Of a stretch of DNA of 64,000 bases, positions 1-9,906 are shown in pieces; positions within the stretch are counted from its first letter, which is position 1; the number at the start of each line of letters is the position of its first letter. A model generated the notes under the pieces. It did no database searches and was not told the DNA's origin. It was given only the letters and a program-made list of their open reading frames with translations. This DNA comes from Minutocellus sp. GHC0000111 (Eukaryota). The position numbers and the translations under genes are program-made. The stretch is from the NCBI GenBank assembly GCA_977018835.1, contig OZ361256.1, positions 620,001 to 684,000 of the forward strand, read 5' to 3'.

Positions 1-143
1 CATGTGCCATGGACTGTAGCTCAACACACATGAACGTGTGGAGCTCACAGGCCCACTCGACAATGTTGCCTATCGGCTGCGCTGCTGCTCGAAGTGGAGC
101 TACGTAGCTGCGCCTTGTTATTATTTGTGAGAAATTTGCCTGG

Positions 144-2183
144 CTAGATGCCAGTGACCCAAGGGTCCTGCACAATCTCGGCGGCATTTGGGCGGTGGTG
201 GGGATTCTCATGCATCATAGAAGGCACGATGGTGCCAGCGGGGTGGCGGTCGGTAAAGGATTCAAGTCGGAAAGAATGGTCCATCCCATTCACGCCTCGA
301 AGTGCGGCTGGCACTCCAGCCTCTACCGCGCATACTCCCAGAGCATAAACATCGTTCTTGTTGAAGTGTTCGATTTCTCTGTCTGCCTCGAGTAGAGGCC
401 AAACCAACTTTTGCTGGAGCATTTCGGGTGCCATGTATGCGAGCGACCCTGGTGAGAAAAACAATCGATCACAGAGGCAGATGGAATAAGGCATGTGTGT
501 GTAAGTAATCGGGTGTGTCCGTTCCCCACATCTGAGACTCAAACGAAACTCACCAACCATGGTCACGTCGGAGACATTGACGTCGCTGGGCCGAGAAGTT
601 CCGAAGTCCCCCAAAACGAAAAGCAAGGAAGGAAGACTTGCCCTGAGGAAGATGTTGCCCGGCTTGATATCACGGTGGACCTGTTGCGATAAAATGAAAC
701 AAGAAATACAAAAACAAAAACGTTAAACTAATGAATGAAGAGAGACAGCATGGCACAACAAAAACAAAAGAAACAAAAATGCGGAAAAGAAGCGGCTCAC
801 ATATCCCCTCTCGTGCATGTGCGCAACCGCGCTCCCGATTTGCGCGAGCAAGTGCTGCAGTTGCCTCCTTGTCATGGCGCCCTCCCCAGGGAGGCGATCG
901 AGGTACTTCTTTAAACAGCCCTTTGGGCAAAGCTCCATGACGATGTGGACTTGTTTCAATTCGTTAAGGTAGGCGTCGTAGAAGACGACCACGTGGTCAT
1001 GCTGGAGGTCTCGAAGGTTCGATATCTCCTTGGCCACTGCACAAATATTTTTTTTGGTCGCCTTCCTCTTCAACGTCTTGACGGCCACAGGCTCGTCCGT
1101 CGCTTTGGCCCTCACGATGGAAACATTTCCGAACATTCCCGACCCAATGGATAGGCCCGCCATGTGTGGCCTCTCAGTAAGCTTAACTGTTGAGCTGTCC
1201 TCGATGGCAACTGATATCCCTTCGTACTTGTCCCCAATTCCTCCCTCCGTAAAGACGCCTTGCCCAACGAGGGCAAGCAGCTGGTGTCGTACCCGGTCCT
1301 GGCCCGCGGCAGCTCCACCAGCGCCGCCCGTAGCCATGGTCGACACCTGTTGGGGCTGGATTGGGTTGGAATTTTGTCCGCCGTCTTCAAACCTGACGGA
1401 CCTGAAATTACAGAACGTGGGAAAGGATGGTGTAGAGGAGTGCAAGAGAGGTGAGATGCCAACATCATTAACATCAAATTCAATATTAAAAATGGCAAAG
1501 TCAAAGTGAGGGGCTGATCTGCCGACCCGACACCCAACTTACATGTGCCCGATCCCAACGCCGATGTTGTCGACCGCATCGCCCACGGGCAGCTGCCCTT
1601 CCACCGCGGGAGGCTGCTGCCCGATGCCATCGAGGCTGCCGTTGGCGAGGACGCCGGCGCCGTCCTGGCCGTCCAGGGCGGGTACGTCTTCCTCCATGGG
1701 AAGCTGACCATCGGCCGGGACGAGAGGGGGCTGCTGGCCGACACCGATACCGTGACCAATGCCGATGCCGACACCTGCGTCCCCGGCACCGACCGCTCCG
1801 ACTCCTCCGACGCCGACGGTGGCAGCAGCGGGGGGTTGCTGCTCCTGGACGCCCTGCTGGGCCAACCCAACCCAACCCTGACTCTGACCTTGGTCTTGGC
1901 CTTTACCGCCCGGCGGGGGCTGACCCTGCTTGGCCGCCCGATACCTTTGGCCTTCCTCTGCCCAGCGCTTGAGCTTGGCCGGATCCGACTTGTGGTTGTT
2001 CCAAAACTTTCTCAGGTCGTGCCCTTCGCGTTGGAGTGCATCCATGACCTCAGCACCGAGCCGCTGCCTCCATGTCTTGATCGTTGTCCTGCGGCCCTCA
2101 AACTCTGAGGGATCCATTCGCAGCAGCCAGGCGCAAAGCTCAGGACTGAACCGGGTCATCTCAGAGAACTCAGCGCCGGTCAT
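144..2183 (-). CDS. Ser/Thr protein kinase, 4 exons: complement(join(144..448,554..680,801..1401,1543..2183)), with an N-terminal helical domain and a low-complexity linker
   Basis: GT-AG introns join in frame and give all core motifs: IGSGMFGNV, VAVK, helix-C Glu, VHRDIKPGN, DFG, GSLAYMAPE, DVYALG, HRP. Confidence 0.85.
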
Positions 2184-2476
2184 CGTTTGAGTGTCTGTAG
2201 TGCGGTGCTCTGCAGCTGCTGCTAGTTGAGTGGGCTGCCTAGCAACGTAGAAATGAAGTAGGTAGAAATAAATGGCAAGGCGTAAACACTCAGACTGGGT
2301 CTTGGAGTCGAGTCGTCGTCGTCGAATGCTCGCCAATCCAGTCGTCGGACGTCGTCGAGTGCACCGGAGCAAAGCAGACTGACTACCTCTGCTACCGCAG
2401 CTACCACTATAAATAATGATCAGCGCGGCGCCGCGTGAAGCACGTACCTAGGCCTAGGTACCTAGGCCTAGGTACC

Positions 2477-2980
2477 AGTGAAAGTACGGCGACTTCCGCA
2501 CGAGATTAGGGTCCTTGGTAGGACGTCAAACTCGTGAGACAAAATCCACAAGGACGGCGAAAATCGATGTCGAAGACAAAGATGAAAGGATACACCTTCC
2601 CCGTAGAATGAACGTTGATATGTCGCAGACGATAAACCGTAAAGAGAATAAAGTAAACGAAGAGAGATGATCTGACTATTACTAGTCGATCCGTAGATTC
2701 CTGCTTGTCTAGTACAAAGTTGGCTTTGCAAAGTTGACAAACTAAAATTTATGCGAGAAAGACGAGACGATTGTGCTGATCCAAGACCGACTCCGCCTTG
2801 GATCGGCGATCTTGTAGCGATCTTGGATTGTTTCATCTACGATACTACTGAGCCAAGCATGCTGTACTTTGTACAGTATCAACGCTCAACGCGCTACTTG
2901 TCTCGGGCAGCTGAACTAAGATACCGTCGTTTCTGTTTGTGCCAAAATGACAACAGAAAGAAACATCGGCTTCTCCAACT
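2477..2980 (-). repeat. 3' LTR (504 bp)
   Basis: Matches 6157-6660 except one substitution seen (actaaaattt vs actaaaaatt); preceded on the minus strand by polypurine tract GAGAGGGAG (2981-2989). Confidence 0.95.
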
Positions 2981-3107
2981 CTCCCTCTCGTAGAGTCTCT
3001 TCTCAAATTGTAGTAAGGACCAAAGCAATTAAATTCCATGATCGAGGGGAAGGTCTTAAATCCGAATAAACCCCTGAACTGGAACACAAATATAAACATA
3101 AATAGAT

Positions 3108-5169
3108 CTACCATCCTTGATTCATCTTCCGAATCCGTTCAAACACGAAGCAAGGGTTCATCTTGGTCATGTAATCCGCACGCTGCAGATTTGTAGAGAT
3201 GTACTCGACGGTAACATCTCCACGTGATACATATTCCCAAAAGAAATGCCATTTGACGTGAAAGTAGCGAGTACGACTCGTGATGCGATGATTGTTGGCA
3301 AGCAAAACAGCAGCACTGTTGTCCTCAAAAACTGCAGAACGGACGGTAGTATTGATAGAATCAGGAACCTCTAAGGCATTGGCCAGCTCCAGTACCAACG
3401 ATCGAATAGGAATCAAAGTTCGAATCGAATGGCTCAGGCTCGTATACTCAGACTCGAGCGTCGACAAGGCAATGTCTGATTGCAAGAACGATCGCCAGAC
3501 GAGAGGAATGTTACCAAAGAAAATGATATATCCAGTACGAGAGCGAGCACTTGAGGACGAACGATCAGGGTCACGACGATAGAGGCCAGCAAAATCGGCA
3601 TCGACGTACAACTCGAGGTTCATGTTGGAAGAAGGAGCGACAATAGTACCAAAATCACGAGTACGACGAAGGTATCGGACAATCATCTTGACGGCAAAAG
3701 GCGTGAGACTTCTTCGGCGAATGGATGAATCGACAGACCTGGCTGACGGCGAAGGTAATGTCAGGCCTAGTATTGGTCGATAGGTACAACAACATACCGA
3801 CGACAGAACGATAGGACCAGCGGAACCCAACCTCAGTAGAATCCATCGGCTCTCCATCAGGATCAACGCCGAGAGCAGCCTGAGCAGCAGGCGTCCAATT
3901 CAAATTCGACTGCTCGAGACCGGTAGTAGAGACAATCTTGTCGATGAGGCCTCGTTGCGTCATGTGAACGCTCTTGCCATCTTCAGACGACGTGATCTTA
4001 ATACCAAGAAACTCGGAGAAACTACCCTCTTGAGTCAACTCAAATCCCTTCACACGCAAATCATTGACGAGCTTGTCAATGTCGGCGGGATCCTTAGCAG
4101 CAATCCCTGCATCGTCAACGTAGAGAACAAGCATCATGTTGGGCTTGTACATGAAGCAAGGATCGTGAGCCGACTTCTGGAAACCAAGGTCGAGCAAGGC
4201 AGAGGACAGACAGCGCCACCAAAGCAGCGGAGCGGCCCGAAGTCCATAAAGTGAGCGGCGAAGCTTCAAACAATAACGACCGGCCTTGCCAGCATGGAAT
4301 CCTCGAGGTAGATGGATCCAAATGGGCTTCTTGAGCTTGGCTTGGACGAAGGCGTTGCTGAAATCAATCGATATTGTCTTCCAACTCAACTTGAGCGCCA
4401 TGACAAGAAAGATACGGACCGACGACCAGGCACAGACCGGAGAGTGAGTTTCCTCTTCACCGTCCTGCAAGTCACCGCGAACGCAATATCTCGCCTTGAA
4501 CTTGGTCGGATTGCCATCTGGATCGCGCTTCAACTTGAAAACCCAAGTACCAGGCAGCACTTTGCCCTTGGCATTCTCAAGCAGATCCAGCTCCCAAGTA
4601 CCATGAGACTCAAGCTGCGCGATCTCCTTGCGAGCAGCCTCCCTCCATTGAGCACTATTATCAGGATCGTTCATGGCAGTAACGAAATCAATAGTATCGG
4701 GATCCCCAACATCACTGGCAGCAGTCGACGACGCGGCCTGAAATGCATACTGAGTAGACATGCTGCTCGGTTCGGCACGGTTATGACCACGAAGATGCTC
4801 CAGTTCGGCAGCCGTAAGCAATGCAAGAGGATCAGTGGGCGTGGTATACGAGATATACTCGGTTGCTGGACCGATCGGCGCAGAAACATAGGCATCGGAG
4901 GCATCGCAAAAGTAGCCATGAGATTGATCTCCCTCGTATCCGTAGCGAGTCGACTGGCGCTGACCGGCAGTACTACGTCGAGAGGAACGAGTCGGTGCTG
5001 CTGCACTCGATTTCTCCCTCTGCGCACGCGTCTGTACCGGCGAATACGGCCTCGGCTCATCAACGGCATCAATAGTAGGGGTCGGCACATCCACATCCGT
5101 CTCGATCGCATCCGTCGGGCGGGGTGGGAAGGTTCGCACCATCAGGGTTCGGACGCTGAATGACGTCAC
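3108..5169 (-). pseudogene. Copia reverse transcriptase + RNase H, frameshifted near 3695
   Basis: RT motifs KFKARYCVRGD, IDFSNAFVQA, LRRSLYGL, LYVDD, RPDITFAV; RNase H motifs YVDADFAG, RSRTGY, FEDNSAA, QRADYMTK lie in a second frame. Confidence 0.93.
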
Positions 5170-6156
5170 TTTGAGACACCATAGGCGCAGAAAGCCTCCC
5201 GCCAGAATTCGAGGAAACAGAAGGGACGGAATTGGAATTGGTCAAAGTAGAGGTCGAAACGGACTGCGAATTGTCCACTGACGACGAAGACTCCTCCCTC
5301 GTTGACGACTCCCTCATATGAGACGAGGAATCGATGCGAGGTGAGACTGCGGGCGCATCCACAGGCAGCGGCACCACAGGCTGCTCCCGCGACATGGCCT
5401 GCTCGACGCGCTCACGACGACGGGACGGATCGACATCAGGGGCGGTGCCGTCATGAATGTCACCGTCATCATCGGCGTGATCGTCATCAAAAGTATACTG
5501 AAACATGGAATCACCGAAAAGCTTCTGCCACTCCGGCGACTCAAAATCAGGAATAGAGTCGACGCTACTCTGCACCGTCGAAAACCAATCATCAAAGACG
5601 CAATTGTAAACATAGTAAGCCTTGACCTTGAGACGACGAAGCTTTCCAGCAGTATCGACAACAACCCACGTCACATATCCTCGTCCCTTGATACTGAGGC
5701 CTTTGGCGAGGCCCTTGACCTTGGTGATGGCTCCTGGCGGCTGCATTCCGTCAACGAAATCCTTGGGATCATTGGTAATGCAGACGGTGGCGCCCGAATC
5801 CCAGATAACAGCAAAGGACGAAGACGAGTCGATAGCATGACGAAGACGAGACGGAGCAAGAAAGGCCAGTCCAGCATCGATATCGGCAGTGGAAGCCATC
5901 ATGATCTGAGCCTCGTAGAGGGTTCGATTCATCGCACGACGACGACGACGAGAGACACCATTATGACCATGATGAGGATCGACTTGCCCTGATGCAGGCA
6001 CTGGACGATAGGTTGTATTGACTGGGCGACGATTGGGACGACCAAGAGGACGATTGTTGGGTCGACGGTGAATGGAGCGAACTTCATGGCCTTCTCCCTC
6101 TCGATCCATTCGACGACGATGACGACGATGACCACGACAACGGTGGGCTCGTAACC
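5069..6156 (-). pseudogene. Copia aspartic protease fused directly to the integrase C-terminal tail
   Basis: VIWDSGATVC and IKGRGYVTW are followed directly by YNCVFDDWF; no HHCC zinc finger or DDE core seen. Confidence 0.8.
6144..6156 (-). other. Primer binding site GGTTACGAGCCCA (half-tRNA-iMet type)
   Basis: Abuts the 5' LTR; resembles the GGTTATG(G/A)GCCC PBS of copia/Ty5-type elements. Confidence 0.7.
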
Positions 6157-6660
6157 AGTGAAAGTACGGCGACTTCCGCACGAGATTAGGGTCCTTGGTA
6201 GGACGTCAAACTCGTGAGACAAAATCCACAAGGACGGCGAAAATCGATGTCGAAGACAAAGATGAAAGGATACACCTTCCCCGTAGAATGAACGTTGATA
6301 TGTCGCAGACGATAAACCGTAAAGAGAATAAAGTAAACGAAGAGAGATGATCTGACTATTACTAGTCGATCCGTAGATTCCTGCTTGTCTAGTACAAAGT
6401 TGGCTTTGCAAAGTTGACAAACTAAAAATTATGCGAGAAAGACGAGACGATTGTGCTGATCCAAGACCGACTCCGCCTTGGATCGGCGATCTTGTAGCGA
6501 TCTTGGATTGTTTCATCTACGATACTACTGAGCCAAGCATGCTGTACTTTGTACAGTATCAACGCTCAACGCGCTACTTGTCTCGGGCAGCTGAACTAAG
6601 ATACCGTCGTTTCTGTTTGTGCCAAAATGACAACAGAAAGAAACATCGGCTTCTCCAACT
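6157..6660 (-). repeat. 5' LTR (504 bp)
   Basis: Direct repeat of 2477-2980; flanked by TSD GTACC and the PBS. Confidence 0.95.
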
Positions 6661-9600
6661 GTACCCGCCCGGCCGGAAACATGAAAAGAACCCGGAATTG
6701 CCACACATCTCTGACTGTGCCATTATGCAATTATTCCTACAAAACGAACAACCCCATCCCATGCCCCAAGACGACCACCAAGAAGTTGTTCAACAACCAT
6801 GCCCACCTCAGTATGTCTTCTCTATATATGTATCTTGGCCTGTGAATCTTTATTCCGAGCTTCGATTTCCTGAAACTCGCGAAAATCGACTTTCGGCGTT
6901 TGTCACCGTCCGACCTCGACCTCCACGACGGCTACAATCGGAGAGAAAAGCAACGAAGCAGTCGAGTACCTAGGTAAATGAGAGATTGCCCACCTTTGAC
7001 GGGCTGACAGACAGGTTTGGTGATAGCATGGGATGGCAGAATGACGGCGTTGTTCAGTTCGAACACATGAGAGTCGCAAAACGCCGCCATCCTCCCAAAA
7101 ATCAAGAATCTGATTTCTCTGCTAAAACGGTCCTCAATATCGATGTTGCCTCATTGCTCGGAAAAATCCGCTGAGAGTATCTATGCAACTTTTGATATTT
7201 CGCTTCCATGACAATACTGGAGCGATCGATGTGCTTCTTCTGCGGGTTGGGTGTCAGTAAGCAAATCATTTTGTTGGGGCTTTGTGGCTTTGCAGAAAAT
7301 TTTCCGGTGTTGGGACAGGCGCCAAAATCAGATGAGGAACAATAGTTCTTGAAATTGAGCCCTGGGGTGCTGATTCTCGTTCAATCCTGCCGAGGTATGT
7401 TCTAACGAGTGGAGGTGCATGTATTGATTGTTGAGTTTGTGTTGGCAAACCATTTCATTCTCACACGATGATAAGTAAAACCAGAACTTCCAGATTCTCC
7501 TCAACTTCTCCACCGCGATATCACTTTCTCAATAGGCACGCCTATCTACGCCAAATTGACGATAGCGGGGCTTCCACTCGGACGGTATGTATCCACGCTG
7601 AGGTCCGATAGCATTTTTCTGGCAATTGGGTCAATTGTCCGGCCAAACTATCTCATGTTGATATTTTTGGGAGGAAAGTTTCCGTAGTTTCGTGCACCTT
7701 AACATCATTTTGACAATAGTTTGGGTTCATGCACGTCCATTCACTACACCAGTACATTATTCCCACCTACATATGATATGAGGTGGCTCATTGATGGAAA
7801 GTTTCGCGGGCTTGCTGCAAAGATCGATGATTTTATAAGAATCTGAATGTTTCGATGAGGTCGACGCCAGAATTCCTTGGGTGCTGATTCGAAATACCAA
7901 TATTGATACTGAACAACAATCAACTACAACTACTCGATGGGAAGGGCGTTAAACAACGGCCTTTGATATACCCGATCGGCCTCTATGCTAATGAAAGGTC
8001 CTCTGTACCGTCATGGAAAGTAATGGAGGAAAATTGATGTGAAATTTCGACGAAAATGTCGAAAAACTCGGTGGTTGTCGACCTCCACGAAGGGTCAGGG
8101 CTTGTAGATCAACAAATAATCACGAACTCAATAACACTCGCTTAGAGCTTCACCAGGATATATATCTAGTACGACTCAATGGTAGTAGCTTTAGTGGAAT
8201 GGCTTACTTGGCTATTTATAGACGTTACTACTATCTAAGAGTAAGGCTGGGGCCGGCGGTAGCCCCGTTCGATCCACTAAATAAATATGAGTACGGCTAC
8301 TATGCTTCGTAGAACGGACAAGTACACATCATCTATGTAAAAGTAACTTCCTATATGTATACATAATGGATCGAAAGCAAATAGAATACTCTTGGTTGTG
8401 TCGGTATGCCGATCTATCACCATCCTCTCTCAGCAAGGTTGACCTCCGGTAATTTTGATGAAGGCCCCATAAAAAAGAATGCAATCAATAAATTTACGCC
8501 CATCATTCGTAGCAACCCGATGAAACTCATCAAAAGTCGAAAGTTACATATAGCAGGGGAGGCAATTGCATGGAAGTGTTTAGGAGTTTGCGTACACGAG
8601 ACGATTAGCATCAATTTCATGTCTGCGGTTCGAGGTCCCTCCGCTTCCAGCCAGATTCACCAAGATATTCCATGTGTGCCAAGAAGACATGATACCTGCC
8701 CCCGTTCTTCACCACCAGGCAATTTCCAACGTCCTCGCATGTGTAGGTATTTGATACAACCAATGCATTCATGAAAGGTGTCTCCAGATCCAAACCATCG
8801 GCACCGATAAGTCCACTTGAGGGACAAAATTCAACCTCCACCAGCACAAAAATTTACTGCATCGACCCCCCATCAACGAAATTCATGCCCCACTCAACGA
8901 TGGATTGCTTTGATACCATCTAATATATCCCTAGGATGGTTCCAAAACATAAAATCGCCGGTTGGGCTGATTTCCACGCCAACGGTCCGCCTCCAGCCCC
9001 CCGCTAGTGCCAAGCTCTAGGAATCTGCCGATCTTGTCGCTGCTAATCATGGCATTCATTTGCAAGAAAAATATGTCCGAGACTTTCTGAGGTCACAGCA
9101 GTACCATAAAATACATACAGGTCAGATTCAAAGGCGCAGTGGGTCTTCATGGTCCCACAACTTTATGCAACGCAATCGCTTTTGTGGTGCAGGTGTCCCG
9201 AGCATTGATTTTTCTGGCACATCAACGAAAGAAAAGCGTCGCTATTATGTGTTTTTCAAGTCCTATCACGTGCCGAACGGCAACGATGCGCACTGATATG
9301 TATCAGATCGGAGTTATGAGCGGCAGAATTTACAGGCCATGCTCAATTCCTGCAAGAAAAGCACAATTGGGATAGGGGAGGGTGGTGCTGGAGTGACGGT
9401 CGAAATCTGTGCCAATTTGATTCGATTCAAGTCGCCGTTATTTTTTTTTCTCACGGCAAAATAGTGCACCAGCTGAATCACAGCTTCAACGGTATGTCAA
9501 AAACACCAGATTCAGCGCAACTATTCCCTCCACACCAGCGCGAGTATTCGTTCTGCACGCAGCGGGGACGAAATGGATTTATGTTGCCATAGTTGCACAC

Positions 9601-9906
9601 GAGGACATTCGGCGACGGACAGACCGTTTTGCTAACTTCGCAGGGGCTACATGCCCCTAAAAAAGGTCATTCTTGCACCCATTTCTCATTTCCCACCACG
9701 TGTTTTGTTAGTCGATATTCTCTTCGGGAGGAACGCAAATACTCCTCAACTCGTGGATATCTACTGGACCTGCTCATTCAGTAGGTTGCCACCGACCAGT
9801 AGTATCCACTGAATTCGCAGGTCCAGTAGATTCTGGCAGGAACACATATATTATTTGGTCCCCCGCACACACCCTCACCACACCGCAACCCGCAAATTTT
9901 GTGACG

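Larger units (their letters stand above)
2477..6660 (-). mobile_element. Ty1/copia LTR retrotransposon, internally deleted (no recognisable gag, no integrase core)
   Basis: Direct repeats at 2477-2980 and 6157-6660; 5-bp TSD GTACC at 2472-2476 and 6661-6665; PBS and PPT present; order is protease, integrase tail, RT, RNase H. Confidence 0.95.

Noticed and set aside
2474..2476. Extending the LTRs by ACC to 507 bp
   Set aside because: These bases belong to the TSD on one side and the PBS on the other; the match is coincidental
2468..2993. ORFs duplicated at 5929-6973
   Set aside because: They lie within the LTRs and are a by-product of the direct repeat
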